A stretch of 64,000 bases of DNA from Marinilabiliaceae bacterium (GTDB lineage: Bacteria > Bacteroidota > Bacteroidia > Bacteroidales > Marinilabiliaceae), in the NCBI GenBank assembly GCA_016933045.1, contig JAFGBR010000021.1:24886-88885 (forward strand), given 5' to 3'. The stretch's first letter is position 1; each line of letters begins with the position of its first letter. The notes under the pieces are model-generated. The model had not been told where the DNA came from and did no database searches. It was given only the letters and a program-made list of their open reading frames with translations. The position numbers were made by a program, and so were the translations under genes. This document shows, piece by piece, positions 48,377-59,021 of this stretch.

Positions 48377-48471
48377 TATTTTTTTGATGAAATGAGACTA
48401 GGTAATCCATTATATTATATAGTGATGATTATTTGGTGAGTTTCATCTGTCCAATGGATAAAAAAAAGCAG

Positions 48472-49758
48472 ATGAAAATAACATTGTATCCAGATAGAAG
48501 TGACTGGGCTGAATTGTTGAAACGTCCGAAGATTGATGTTTCGGAATTACACGAAATGGTTAATGATGTTTTGGAGCAGATAAAAAACGAAGGCGATGCA
48601 GCTTTGAAACGATTTACTAAACAGTTTGATGGGGTATCACTCGATTCGTTATTTGTTACCGAACAAGAGATAAATGAGGCCTGTATGATGGTATCTAATC
48701 AATTAAAGGATGCTATATATAAGGCGAAATTGAATATTGAAAAATTCCATGAATCACAAAAGTTAGTTGTTAATAAAATTGAAACTCAGCCGGGTGTTTT
48801 TTGTTGGCAAAAAAGTGTTGGAATTGAAAAAGTTGGTATTTATGTGCCGGGAGGTACAGCGCCTTTATTTTCAACGGTTTTAATGTTGGCTATTCCTGCT
48901 CGTATTGCCGGATGCAAAGAAGTGGTTATGTGTACTCCGCCCGATAAAAACGGAAAAATTAATCCTTCAATTTTGTATGCTGCTTCAATGGTTGGAGTTA
49001 CAATAATTTTTAAGCTGGGTGGAGTGCAGGCAGTTGGTGCAATGGCTTATGGTACAGAATCGGTTCCAAAGGTATACAAGATATTTGGTCCGGGTAATCG
49101 TTTTGTGACTGCTGCGAAACAATTAGTGAGTTTGAAGGATGTAGCCATAGATATGCCTGCCGGGCCATCGGAGGTGTTGGTGATGGCCGATGTAAGTGCC
49201 GATGCTTCATTTGTAGCATCCGATTTATTGTCGCAGGCAGAACACGGAGCTGATAGCCAGGTAGTTTTTGTTACCGACAGTAAGGATATGCTCGATGATG
49301 TTGTGAGTGAAGTTACAGCACAGGTTGATTTGCTGACACGAAAAGAAACCGCGGTTAAAGCTTTGGCAAATAGTAGGGCTATACTTTTGAATAATATAGA
49401 TGAGATGATTGAGTTGAGTAATCAATATGCACCAGAACATTTGATTATTTCGGTGAAAGATGCAGAACATGTTTCTGCAGGAGTAGTTAATGCAGGATCG
49501 GTATTTTTAGGTAATTACACGCCCGAAAGTGCTGGCGATTATGCTTCGGGAACTAATCATACTTTGCCAACTCATGGATATGCTACTGCTTATTCAGGGG
49601 TGAACCTGGATAGTTTTATTCGGAAAATTACATTTCAGGAGATTACTCCGGAAGGATTAAAAAATCTGGGTCCTATAATAGAACGAATGGCAAAAGCTGA
49701 GATGCTTGACGCTCACAAAAATGCAGTTACTTTACGATTAAAAAAAATAAATGTATGA
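48472..49758 (+). CDS. hisD: histidinol dehydrogenase
   Basis: The track starts at TTG 48433; ATG 48454 or 48472 is more plausible. PAGPSEVLV, SQAEHG and APEHL motifs. Confidence 0.92.
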   Translation: MKITLYPDRSDWAELLKRPKIDVSELHEMVNDVLEQIKNEGDAALKRFTKQFDGVSLDSLFVTEQEINEACMMVSNQLKDAIYKAKLNIEKFHESQKLVVNKIETQPGVFCWQKSVGIEKVGIYVPGGTAPLFSTVLMLAIPARIAGCKEVVMCTPPDKNGKINPSILYAASMVGVTIIFKLGGVQAVGAMAYGTESVPKVYKIFGPGNRFVTAAKQLVSLKDVAIDMPAGPSEVLVMADVSADASFVASDLLSQAEHGADSQVVFVTDSKDMLDDVVSEVTAQVDLLTRKETAVKALANSRAILLNNIDEMIELSNQYAPEHLIISVKDAEHVSAGVVNAGSVFLGNYTPESAGDYASGTNHTLPTHGYATAYSGVNLDSFIRKITFQEITPEGLKNLGPIIERMAKAEMLDAHKNAVTLRLKKINV

Positions 49759-50789
49759 AACCCATCGAATTATTACTTCGTCGCAATATACTTAGTTTAA
49801 AACCATATTCGTCGGCAAGAGATGAATATAGTGGTGAAGCGGCAGTGTTTTTAGATGCTAATGAAAATCCATTTAATCAGCCGTATAATCGTTATCCCGA
49901 TCCTTACCAACGAAAACTAAAAGAGAAAATTTCAAAATTAAAAGGCGTTGATGTAGATTCTGTTTTTTTAGGAAACGGTAGTGATGAACCTATCGATCTT
50001 CTGTTTCGGGTTTTTTGTGAGCCCGGTGTCGATAATGTAGTTTCTATTGATCCTACTTATGGTATGTATCAGGTCGCTGCCGATATTAATAATATTGCAG
50101 TTAAGCGGGTTTTGTTAACCGATGATTATCAGTTGGATGTTGAAAAGTTATTAGCAGCAGTTGATGATAACACAAAGATGATTTTTTTGTGTTCCCCTAA
50201 TAATCCAACCGGTAATTTGTTTAATGTTGATGCCGTTGAGAAATTACTTAATGGTTTTGATGGAATTGTTGTACTAGATGAAGCATACATTGATTTTGCA
50301 CCAGGTAAGAGTTTTCTTCCAAGGTTAAATAGTTTCCCCAATTTAGTAGTGTTACAAACATTTTCAAAAGCCTGGGGAATGGCAGGCTTACGATTGGGTA
50401 TGGCTTTTGCCGATCGGGTAATTATAAAGGTTTTAAGCAAAGTTAAGTATCCATATAACCTGAATATTTTAACACAATTGAAAGCATTGGAACTGCTTGA
50501 TAATAATGAACAGATGAACGATTGGGTTCGTTTATTATTAGATGAAAGGAAAAAATTGGAAAGTGAATTAGAAAAACTTAACTTTATTGTTAAAGTTTAT
50601 CCTTCAGATTCAAATTTTATTCTTGCAAAAACAAATAATCCTAAAGAGGTTTACAATTTTTTAGTGAAACATAAAATTATTATCAGAGATCGATCTTCGG
50701 TAGCTTTATGTGAAGGTTGTTTAAGGTTTACGGTAGGTTCGCCTGTTGAAAATGAGAAACTGATAAATGCTTTAAAGGGTTATAAATAA
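49755..50789 (+). CDS. hisC: histidinol-phosphate aminotransferase
   Basis: 344 aa with NENP, a PLP Lys in TFSKAWGMAGLRLG, and a 4-nt overlap with hisD. Confidence 0.9.
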   Translation: MKPIELLLRRNILSLKPYSSARDEYSGEAAVFLDANENPFNQPYNRYPDPYQRKLKEKISKLKGVDVDSVFLGNGSDEPIDLLFRVFCEPGVDNVVSIDPTYGMYQVAADINNIAVKRVLLTDDYQLDVEKLLAAVDDNTKMIFLCSPNNPTGNLFNVDAVEKLLNGFDGIVVLDEAYIDFAPGKSFLPRLNSFPNLVVLQTFSKAWGMAGLRLGMAFADRVIIKVLSKVKYPYNLNILTQLKALELLDNNEQMNDWVRLLLDERKKLESELEKLNFIVKVYPSDSNFILAKTNNPKEVYNFLVKHKIIIRDRSSVALCEGCLRFTVGSPVENEKLINALKGYK

Positions 50790-50800
50790 ACTATAAACAG

Positions 50801-51697
50801 ATGAGAAAAATATTATTATTTTCTTTTTTACTTATTAATTGGGGTGTTATGTTTAGCCAGTTCGAAAAAATAAATATTTGGGAAGGCAAAGCACCATTTA
50901 ATAAAGATGTTACCGTAGAAGAGCAAGATGTTAATAATCGGGTTTCGAAAGTTACAGTGCCTCAATTGTATCATTATTCTATTAAAAGTGATTCATTAAA
51001 ACCTGCAATAATTGTAATTCCGGGAGGCGGATATGTTCGTGAAGCAATTAATCATGAAGGATATATGGCAGCTGAGTGGTTTAATAAACAAGGTTTTGAG
51101 GCATTTGTGTTAAAATATCGATTACCTGATGAAGAAATAGTTGATAATTCATCATTTGTGCCGTTAATGGATGCACAGGAGGCTATTCGCATAGTTCGAA
51201 AACGAGCTGCCGAGTGGCATATTGATACAGCTCGTATTGGCGTTATCGGTTTTTCGGCAGGTGGCCATTTGGCCGCATCAGTATCAACATTATTTATTAA
51301 GCCTGTAAATTCAAAAAATAATTCGGCAGATGTGCGCCCTGGTTTTTCTATTTTGATGTATCCTGTTATTAGTATGGACGATGCATGCACCCACAAAGGT
51401 AGCAGAGAAAATTTATTAGGTGAACATCCTGATGTTTCAATGTTGGAGCAGTTTTCGCTCGAAAAACAAGTTAGTTCAAAAACGCCTGTTACTTTAATGG
51501 TTCATGCAATTGACGATAGGGCAGTGCCGGTTGAAAATACCGATAGATATGCAGTTAGTATTATAAAAAGTGGCGGTGATGTAACTAAAGTTATTTTACC
51601 TCAGGGTGGACATGGTTTCGGGTTCGATTCAAAAAGGCCGGTTGCTTATTGGACTCAATATCTAGAGGTGTGGTTAAAGAACCATATTATTAAGTAA
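50801..51697 (+). CDS. secreted alpha/beta hydrolase (esterase/lipase fold-3 / BD-FAE-like carbohydrate esterase)
   Basis: 298 aa. Signal peptide [26 protein letters not shown] oxyanion region, GFSAGGHLA nucleophile elbow, D...GGHGF. 11-nt and 4-nt gaps to hisC and hisB. Confidence 0.75.
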   Translation: MRKILLFSFLLINWGVMFSQFEKINIWEGKAPFNKDVTVEEQDVNNRVSKVTVPQLYHYSIKSDSLKPAIIVIPGGGYVREAINHEGYMAAEWFNKQGFEAFVLKYRLPDEEIVDNSSFVPLMDAQEAIRIVRKRAAEWHIDTARIGVIGFSAGGHLAASVSTLFIKPVNSKNNSADVRPGFSILMYPVISMDDACTHKGSRENLLGEHPDVSMLEQFSLEKQVSSKTPVTLMVHAIDDRAVPVENTDRYAVSIIKSGGDVTKVILPQGGHGFGFDSKRPVAYWTQYLEVWLKNHIIK

Positions 51698-51701
51698 AAA
51701 A

Positions 51702-52838
51702 ATGATTACTAAAAAGAGAGTATTATTTATTGATAGGGATGGAACTATAATTGTTGAACCTCCTGTTGATTTTCAGGTTGATAGTCTTGAGAAACTTGAG
51801 TTTTATCCCGGAGTTTTTCGAAATCTGTCGCTTATTGCACAAAAGCTCGATTTTGAGTTGGTTATGGTTACAAATCAAGACGGATTGGGGACTAGTTTGT
51901 TTCCCGAAGATACCTTTTGGCCGGCTCATAATATGATGATGAAAACGCTCGAAGGTGAGGGAATTGTTTTTGCAGAAGTTCATATTGACCGTTCGATGCC
52001 CGATGAAAATGCACCAACCCGTAAACCTCGAACTGGTATGTTGCAAAAGTATTTTAATGAAGAATATGATTTGAGTAGATCGTTTGTTATTGGTGATAGG
52101 TTGACTGATGTTGAGATGGCAAAAAATTTAGGATGTAAAGCTGTTTTGGTTCAGTCGAAAAATAAAGGAGTTGAAATGTTAACCGATGTTGGTTTTAAAA
52201 CCTCGTGTCAGTTTATTTCGAACGAATGGAATGAAATTGCAGCTTTTCTGTTTAAAACAGAGCGAACATCCATTGTGGAAAGAAATACAGCAGAAACTAG
52301 TATACGCGTTGAGCTTAATTTGGATGGAACGGGTAAATGTCATATTGAAACAGGGTTAGGTTTTTTTAATCACATGTTAGAACAGATTGGGCGACACTCG
52401 GGGTGTGATTTGATAATTAAAGTTGATGGCGACTTAGATGTTGACGAGCATCATACTATTGAAGATACAGCATTGGCATTGGGTGAGGCTTTTAGGAGAG
52501 CATTAGGCGATAAGAGAGGTATTGAGCGGTATGGGTATTGTTTGCCAATGGATGATTGCCTCGTAACAGTTGCTCTTGATTTTGGTGGACGTCCGTGGTT
52601 GGTTTGGGATGCTGATTTTAAGCGCGAAAGAGTAGGCGATATGCCAACCGAAATGTTTTTACATTTTTTTAAAAGTTTTAGTGATGCATCGATGAGTAAC
52701 CTTAATATAAAGGCCGAAGGGCAAAACGAACATCATAAAATTGAAGGTATTTTTAAAGCATTGGCACGTGCAATAAAAATGGCTATTCGTAAAGATCCGT
52801 TTAGCGATCAGTTGCCCAGCACAAAAGGTGTTTTATAA
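51702..52838 (+). CDS. hisB: bifunctional histidinol-phosphatase / imidazoleglycerol-phosphate dehydratase
   Basis: 378 aa. HAD N-terminus FIDRDGTI, then IGPD motifs ([24 protein letters not shown]). Confidence 0.92.
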   Translation: MITKKRVLFIDRDGTIIVEPPVDFQVDSLEKLEFYPGVFRNLSLIAQKLDFELVMVTNQDGLGTSLFPEDTFWPAHNMMMKTLEGEGIVFAEVHIDRSMPDENAPTRKPRTGMLQKYFNEEYDLSRSFVIGDRLTDVEMAKNLGCKAVLVQSKNKGVEMLTDVGFKTSCQFISNEWNEIAAFLFKTERTSIVERNTAETSIRVELNLDGTGKCHIETGLGFFNHMLEQIGRHSGCDLIIKVDGDLDVDEHHTIEDTALALGEAFRRALGDKRGIERYGYCLPMDDCLVTVALDFGGRPWLVWDADFKRERVGDMPTEMFLHFFKSFSDASMSNLNIKAEGQNEHHKIEGIFKALARAIKMAIRKDPFSDQLPSTKGVL

Positions 52839-52922
52839 TTGTTATTTGTTGTATTGACATTAATGAATTTATAATTGAGTTTATTATTGTTTAACCTATA
52901 GTATTAATTAAAACTATTAATT

Positions 52923-53615
52923 ATGAAAAAAATTAACTTTTATTTTGCGTTTTTATTAAGTATTGCTGTAGTTCTTAGTGGATGTAAAAGTATGAGTAAT
53001 ACAGCAAAAGGTGGTGTTATAGGGGGAGCTTCGGGTGCTATTGTAGGGGCAGGTATTGGAGCCATTGCTGGCGATAAAAAGGGTGCTGTTATAGGTGCGG
53101 CAGTTGGGACGGCAGTTGGTACTACTGCTGGTATTCTGATTGGTAAGAAGATGGATAAGCAAAAGGAAGAGCTTGAAAAAATTGAAGGAGCTAAAGTTGA
53201 ATCAGTAAAAGATGTTAATAATCTTGATGCCATAAAGGTAACTTTCGATAGTGGGATTTTATTTGCAACAGGTAAGTCAAGGTTGAGTAGTGAATCGAAA
53301 GCAGCATTGACAAATTTTGCCGCATCTTTAAAGAATAATCCTCAAACAGATGTTGCAATTTATGGTCATACCGATAATACGGGATCAAGAGAAGTTAATG
53401 AGCGTATTTCGTTGAGTCGTGCGGAATCGGTGGCTTCTTTTTTAAAGGGTAAAGATATTTCGAGAGATCGCATGACAGTTAAAGGTTTAGCATACGATCA
53501 GCCAGTGGCAGATAATTCAACAGAAGAAGGAAGAGCACAGAATAGAAGGGTAGAGGTATATATTTCGGCTGATGAAACAATGATTAAAGAAGCTGAATCA
53601 GGAACCCTTAAATAA
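52923..53615 (+). CDS. OmpA-family lipoprotein with N-terminal glycine-zipper region
   Basis: Lipobox LSGC and a GxxxG-rich stretch. C-terminal OmpA_C-like domain (GHTDNTGS...N..LS..RA.SV...NRRVEV). Confidence 0.85.
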   Translation: MKKINFYFAFLLSIAVVLSGCKSMSNTAKGGVIGGASGAIVGAGIGAIAGDKKGAVIGAAVGTAVGTTAGILIGKKMDKQKEELEKIEGAKVESVKDVNNLDAIKVTFDSGILFATGKSRLSSESKAALTNFAASLKNNPQTDVAIYGHTDNTGSREVNERISLSRAESVASFLKGKDISRDRMTVKGLAYDQPVADNSTEEGRAQNRRVEVYISADETMIKEAESGTLK

Positions 53616-53760
53616 ACGGATTTATAAAATGATTATTCATACCTGGAGTGGTAATTTTTTGCCTGCCAGGTATGTTTGTTTTATGTATAATGTGGTTTTT
53701 AGCAAAAACAATACGTTTTAAATCGTATCATTTTAATGATAGTTTTTAATAAACTTGTAT

Positions 53761-54699
53761 ATGGTAATACAAGGCGCATTGATATTGTCAGTTTTGCTTC
53801 AATTTGGAGCATTTGTAATAACGGTTAGTTTAATACCCAAAACAAAGTTTAATGTTGCATGGATTAGTATATCAGCAGGTTTTTTGTTGATGGCTTTTCG
53901 AAGGTTTAGTGATCTTCTTTATATTTTAATCGAAGATGATTGGAGTCGGTTTTCAATTATTAATAGTTGGATCGCAGTTGTAATTTCGGTATCCATGATG
54001 ATAGCATCTTTTTATATTCGAAAAATATTTCAGTTGTTAAATCGTTTAGATAGGATACGAAAAGAGAATGAGTCGAAGGTGTTACGTGCAATTATTTCGA
54101 CAGAAGAGAGTGAAAGACGTTTTTTTTCAAAAGAGCTGCACGATGGGTTAGGGCCGGTTTTATCGTCAGTTAAAATGTCGTTATCGGCACTTGATGTAAA
54201 AAAACTTGATACTGAGAACTTTGAAATAATTGAGCGAACAGAAAGGGCAATTGATAGTGCAATAGTAACAACAAAGGAGATATCGAATCATCTTAATCCG
54301 CAGGTTTTGGAGCGATTTGGTTTGGAGAAAGCATTGCGTGTATTTGTTGAAACGATTAATTTATCAAAGCAAATCGAAATTAAAATCTTGTCGCCACTGA
54401 ACAATGAACGTTTGTCTTATAATATTGAAATTGTATTATATCGTGTTATTTGTGAGTTGATTAATAATACAATAAAGCATGCTAATGCCAGCGAAGTTGA
54501 TATATCACTGTTTAGATATTCTGATAAGGTGGAGTGTATGTATGAGGATAATGGTAATGGTTTTCAAAATAAATCGAAAATAATAGATGGTTCGGGGTTG
54601 ATGAATATTGAAACTCGGTTGAAATCGGTAAAAGGGAAAATGGATGTGATTAGTTCTGATTCGAATGGTGTGTTTATAAAAATTGAAATACCTTTATGA
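53761..54699 (+). CDS. sensor histidine kinase, HisKA_3 (NarX/DesK-type), membrane-embedded sensor without obvious periplasmic domain
   Basis: About 4 TM helices, then H-box ELHDGLGPVLSS and an HATPase_c domain. The track start TTG 53755 is 6 nt upstream. Confidence 0.85.
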   Translation: MVIQGALILSVLLQFGAFVITVSLIPKTKFNVAWISISAGFLLMAFRRFSDLLYILIEDDWSRFSIINSWIAVVISVSMMIASFYIRKIFQLLNRLDRIRKENESKVLRAIISTEESERRFFSKELHDGLGPVLSSVKMSLSALDVKKLDTENFEIIERTERAIDSAIVTTKEISNHLNPQVLERFGLEKALRVFVETINLSKQIEIKILSPLNNERLSYNIEIVLYRVICELINNTIKHANASEVDISLFRYSDKVECMYEDNGNGFQNKSKIIDGSGLMNIETRLKSVKGKMDVISSDSNGVFIKIEIPL

Positions 54700-55343
54700 C
54701 TAAGAAGTTGATAGTGTATTTGGTTGATGACCATGCTCTTTTTCGTGAAGGGATGCGTTTTTTATTATTGAAAAATAATCGTATTGGTACTATATATGAA
54801 GCCGAAAACGGCAAACAATTGTTGGATAATGTTGAGAAAAATAATCCCGATATTATATTGATGGATATTGAAATGCCTGTAATGAATGGTATTGTAGCAA
54901 CACGTAAGGTGTTGGATGTTTTGCCTGAATGTAAGATTATTGCTCTTTCGATGTATGCTGATGAGTGTTTTTATCGCGATATGTTAGGTGCTGGAGCAAA
55001 AGGTTTTTTGTTAAAGAATTCTCGTTTCGAGGATGTTCAAAAAGCTATTGAAGAGGTGTCGAATGGGAATAGTTTTTTTTCGCCTGAAATATTGAATTCA
55101 ATTTTGCAAAATTTGAACAGACCTGTGAAAAGTACTTCTACAACTGATTTGTCGGAACGTGAAACAGAGGTTTTATATCATATTTGCAAAGGATTGCAAA
55201 ATCAGGAAATTGCTGATTTATTGTCGATTAGTAAGCGAACGGTTGATAAGCATCGTGAAAATATTTTACTTAAAACCAATTCGCGAAATACAGCTGAATT
55301 GGTTATTTATGCCATAAAAAATGGTCTTTTTGTGCTTGATTAA
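54696..55343 (+). CDS. response regulator, NarL/FixJ (LuxR HTH) family
   Basis: REC domain (DD...D56-like DILMDIEMP) plus LuxR HTH (LSERETEVL...IADLLSISKRTVDKHR). ATGA overlap with the kinase gene. Confidence 0.9.
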   Translation: MTKKLIVYLVDDHALFREGMRFLLLKNNRIGTIYEAENGKQLLDNVEKNNPDIILMDIEMPVMNGIVATRKVLDVLPECKIIALSMYADECFYRDMLGAGAKGFLLKNSRFEDVQKAIEEVSNGNSFFSPEILNSILQNLNRPVKSTSTTDLSERETEVLYHICKGLQNQEIADLLSISKRTVDKHRENILLKTNSRNTAELVIYAIKNGLFVLD

Positions 55344-55347
55344 GCAA

Positions 55348-56157
55348 TTAATTTCCATCAACCAAATATTCTTTTAACTTTTGAGTTTTTGGGGTGTTGA
55401 ACAATGTATTAGGAGAACCTTGTTCAATTACTTCACCATTGTACATAAAAACTACATGGTCGGCTAAACGAACAGCTTGACGGAGTACATGTGTTACCAA
55501 AATAATTGTATAATGTTCTTTTAGTGACCGAAACAGGTTTTCGATAATTTTGCTCGATATTGGATCTAAAGCAGATGTTGGCTCATCGGCGAGTATTATT
55601 CGAGGTTTAACGGCTAATCCACGAGCTAGGCACAAACGCTGTTGTTGTCCTATTGAAAGGCTTGTTGCAGGTTGATTTAAACGGTTTTTAACCTCTTCCC
55701 ATAGTCCAACCTCTTTTAGGTATTTTTCTACACTAAAGGCAATTAGTTTTTTATCTCTGATACCTTTTAGTTTTATGCCATATGAGATGTTTTTGTAGAT
55801 AGACATGGGTAATGGGAATGGTCGCTGTCCTAATAATCCCATTTTTTGTCTTATAGAAGGTACGTTTTTTGTGGTATGTAAAATGTCGTCATCTTCAATG
55901 AAAATATTTCCTGTTACCTTTAGTTCTTTGTATAAATCTGTAAGTTTATTCATTGATTTGAGAAGCGTTGTTTTTCCACATCCCGAAGGGCCTAATAACA
56001 CAGTTATTTTATTTTTTGGTATTGTAAGATTAATATTTTTTAATATTTGATGAGAATCGGCATAAACATTCAAATTATTAATTTTAACAATGTTGTGATT
56101 GGTTGATATACTCTCTATTTGCTCGTTAATAAGCATTGAGATTTCATTTGTGTGCAT
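55348..56157 (-). CDS. pstB: phosphate ABC transporter ATP-binding protein
   Basis: Walker A GPSGCGKTT, signature LSIGQQQRLCLAR, Walker B ILADEPTSALD. Confidence 0.92.
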   Translation of the reverse strand: MHTNEISMLINEQIESISTNHNIVKINNLNVYADSHQILKNINLTIPKNKITVLLGPSGCGKTTLLKSMNKLTDLYKELKVTGNIFIEDDDILHTTKNVPSIRQKMGLLGQRPFPLPMSIYKNISYGIKLKGIRDKKLIAFSVEKYLKEVGLWEEVKNRLNQPATSLSIGQQQRLCLARGLAVKPRIILADEPTSALDPISSKIIENLFRSLKEHYTIILVTHVLRQAVRLADHVVFMYNGEVIEQGSPNTLFNTPKTQKLKEYLVDGN

Positions 56158-56163
56158 ATTATT

Positions 56164-57045
56164 TTAATTAATGTTGGATTTGGAATATTGTCTCGAAAAA
56201 AGCCGGGCAGTTAAACTAACAGTAAGAATAATAATGGTTAATATAGCACCAGCAGCATAAGCCCGCTCTCTAACTTCGGGAATTGGAGAACCTAATTGAA
56301 AAAATATTGCCAAAGGAAGTGTGGCGGCTGGTTCGTCGATGTTTACTGGTATTAAATCGGTGTATCCGGCGGTGAATAATACCGATGCAGCATCGCCAAT
56401 GCCACGCCCGAAAGCTAAAAGTACTGCAGTTATAAAACCTGAAAAGCCTTGTTTTAGCATTACTTTAAATGCCATTTCGGTACGTGTCGATCCTAAAGCA
56501 AGAGTAGCTTCATGTAATCCTTTCGGAATAGTGCTTAATACCTCATCGAATGTACGTACAATAATTGGTGTAATTAATAAGGCAACGGTTAGTATTCCGG
56601 CCAGTAACGATGCGTTTAATCCCAGATATAACATTAGTGTAAAGCCAAAAGCTCCGTATACAATTGAAGGAATTCCCCAAAGTGCATCTAAAATGTATCT
56701 GATAGTATTTTGAGTTTTTTTATGGCGTAATAAATATACATTCAAATACAGTGCTGATGGCATTCCAATTATAATAGCAATGATAGTTGCCCCAAAAGCA
56801 ATGTATAGCGATCCCATAATTGCATTTAACACTCCTCCTTCACCCCCATAGTAATAACCACCTTTTGGAGTTTTAACAACCATTTCCCATGTAAGTGCAT
56901 TAAAACCCTTAACAAATACAACAATAATAATAAATGCTAAAATAACTATTAATGAATATGTTGCAAAACCACTAAGGATTTTAAAAACAGCTTCTTCAGT
57001 TTTCTTACTCCGTTTCATAGTTGTTTTTTTATTGTTAAGAATCAT
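56164..57045 (-). CDS. pstA: phosphate ABC transporter permease PstA
   Basis: 293 aa polytopic permease with EAA-like motif (EATLALGSTRTEM). Third gene of pstSCAB order. The start may be ATG 57018. Confidence 0.88.
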   Translation of the reverse strand: MILNNKKTTMKRSKKTEEAVFKILSGFATYSLIVILAFIIIVVFVKGFNALTWEMVVKTPKGGYYYGGEGGVLNAIMGSLYIAFGATIIAIIIGMPSALYLNVYLLRHKKTQNTIRYILDALWGIPSIVYGAFGFTLMLYLGLNASLLAGILTVALLITPIIVRTFDEVLSTIPKGLHEATLALGSTRTEMAFKVMLKQGFSGFITAVLLAFGRGIGDAASVLFTAGYTDLIPVNIDEPAATLPLAIFFQLGSPIPEVRERAYAAGAILTIIILTVSLTARLFSRQYSKSNIN

Positions 57046-57081
57046 CAGGATAGGATTGAGATTATGTGTTTATGCAAAGCT

Positions 57082-57969
57082 TTAATGTACACGTGTTCTG
57101 TATATGAAATATCTGAATATCAGATTGATAAGTAAGATGATGATTAGTAATAAAAATGCTCCGAACATTAATGCAGAGTCGTATAATGGAATAGATAACA
57201 TTTCGCCGTAGTTATTTGCAATAAGTGCCGGTAACGGATATCCTGCTTCGAAAGGATTAAATTTTACTTGAACACTGTTACCAACAACCATCATAACGGC
57301 CATGGTTTCGCCAAAAGCCTTGGCTATTCCCAGTCCAAAGGCCGATATTATACCTGGATAACTTTTGCGAATAACCACATGCTTTATCGATTCCCAAAAT
57401 GTTGCACCTAACGATAATGAAGCTTCCTTTAAACCCATTGGTATAGTGTTGAATACCTCGATAATCATGTTTAGCATATATGGAATGCACATTACAGCTA
57501 AAACAACACCTCCGGCAAAAATGGTGTATCCCGAGGTGTTAATGTTAAAAGCAGGAGCAAGGATTTTTGAAATGAAAGGCACTACAATTAAAATGCCCCA
57601 AACGCCATAGATAACAGATGGTAAACCAGCTAAAATATCAATTACCGGAAGCATTATCCGCATCATTGCTGAGCGGGCAAATTGCGTTAAATATATTGCT
57701 GCCAACAAACAGACAGGAGCTGCCAATGCGAATGCAATGATTGTTACGTATAGCGATCCGGCAATAAATGGCCAAAATCCAAAATTACCTTTATGAGGTT
57801 GCCACTCAGAACTGCTTATTAATCGCAAAAAATCCTGATGGTTAAAAAGAGGTGTTGATTTTAGATAAAGACCTGCAATAATGAATAATGGTATTAAAAG
57901 GATGGCAGTTAAAGAAATAAGCATCCATACTCCAGATAACTTATCAGATATAATGCGTTTTAATAACAT
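57082..57969 (-). CDS. pstC: phosphate ABC transporter permease PstC
   Basis: 295 aa with EASLSLGATFWE and gene order consistent with pstC. Confidence 0.88.
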   Translation of the reverse strand: MLLKRIISDKLSGVWMLISLTAILLIPLFIIAGLYLKSTPLFNHQDFLRLISSSEWQPHKGNFGFWPFIAGSLYVTIIAFALAAPVCLLAAIYLTQFARSAMMRIMLPVIDILAGLPSVIYGVWGILIVVPFISKILAPAFNINTSGYTIFAGGVVLAVMCIPYMLNMIIEVFNTIPMGLKEASLSLGATFWESIKHVVIRKSYPGIISAFGLGIAKAFGETMAVMMVVGNSVQVKFNPFEAGYPLPALIANNYGEMLSIPLYDSALMFGAFLLLIIILLINLIFRYFIYRTRVH

Positions 57970-57972
57970 GGT

Positions 57973-58914
57973 TTATTCAGATACTTTTTGTAAATATTCA
58001 TTAATTTTTGCATTGTCAATAGGTACATATCCGGCCTCTTTAACATATTTCTGACCTTTAGTCAATGTCCAGTGAATAAAGTCGATGGTTGCCTTTTTTT
58101 GTGGTTTCTCATTTGCCACAAAGTACAATTCGCGGGCGGGGGGGGATGGGTAAATGCCATCAGCAATGGCTTTTAAAACTGTTTCGAATGAATCGTAAAA
58201 ATTTTCTTCAGCATCTATTGTGCCATTTTTGTTAATATCTATTGGAATTACTTCTATGCCAGGGCGTTTTTTTCCTGTAACAACATCGTATACATAGATG
58301 GTATTATTATATGCAATACTAGTATGGTCTTTTGATGCTGCTTCGGCTAACCCCGGATCTCCATAAACTCCAATTCCTTTTAAGTCTTCCTGGGCACCAC
58401 CTAAATATTTAGCCCATGTTCCGGCAGCGCCGCAAGCATCGGAACGGGTGTAGATATTAATTTTTGTTTTTGAATTAGTATTAAATAAATTGTCCCAGTA
58501 TGTTATTGTTTCATGAATGAAAATGTTAGCAAATTCATCTTGAGTTAACCCCTTTTCTTTAATTTTTAGCAGATATGGGTTTTTGTCGCTTATGGTTGGA
58601 ATAACAGCATCTATAGTTAATCCAACCCACCATACGCCTTTATCTATTTCTTCGCGGGCAATGCTTCGCGAAAACATACCCAGATCGACTGTGCCAGATA
58701 ATGCATCAGCCATTCCTTTCCCTGCTCCGCCACCCGATATGTTAAACCTTATTTCGGGGTGTTCTTTTTTATACTCTTCACCCCATTTTACTACTAATGG
58801 ATAAAGTGCAAAAGCTCCTGAAATGCTAATAGTGTTTTCTTTTTGTTTTTTTGATACACAGGCTGATAAGAAGCAAATTGTTACTAAAAAAAAACTAATT
58901 ATTATTGTTTTCAT
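57973..58914 (-). CDS. pstS: phosphate ABC transporter substrate-binding lipoprotein
   Basis: Lipobox FLSAC. ISGAFALYPL...ISGGGAGKGMADALSGTVDLGMFSR is PBP-like. Confidence 0.85.
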   Translation of the reverse strand: MKTIIISFFLVTICFLSACVSKKQKENTISISGAFALYPLVVKWGEEYKKEHPEIRFNISGGGAGKGMADALSGTVDLGMFSRSIAREEIDKGVWWVGLTIDAVIPTISDKNPYLLKIKEKGLTQDEFANIFIHETITYWDNLFNTNSKTKINIYTRSDACGAAGTWAKYLGGAQEDLKGIGVYGDPGLAEAASKDHTSIAYNNTIYVYDVVTGKKRPGIEVIPIDINKNGTIDAEENFYDSFETVLKAIADGIYPSPPARELYFVANEKPQKKATIDFIHWTLTKGQKYVKEAGYVPIDNAKINEYLQKVSE

Positions 58915-59013
58915 GATATTTTAGTTAATTAAGTAGTTATGAGTAATATGAATGAGTGGCATTTGTTTTTATGTGAACTTAAAACTCATTGATGTTTCAA
59001 TTACAAATATTGT

Positions 59014-59021
59014 CAAACCTA
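59014..59021 (-). promoter_or_regulatory. -7 promoter box TAGGTTTG for pstSCAB
   Basis: The plus strand reads CAAACCTA, about 100 nt upstream of the pstS ATG. Confidence 0.35.

Noticed and set aside
52940-53233. Two antisense ORFs (97 and 68 aa) in the OmpA-family gene.
   Set aside because: They are the reverse complement of the glycine-zipper region (GGT/GCT-rich), which gives Pro/Thr/Ala-rich pseudo-ORFs. There is no independent support.
56321-57610. Plus-strand ORFs of 130 and 81 aa inside pstA and pstC.
   Set aside because: They are embedded antisense to strongly supported permease genes. No motif was recognised.
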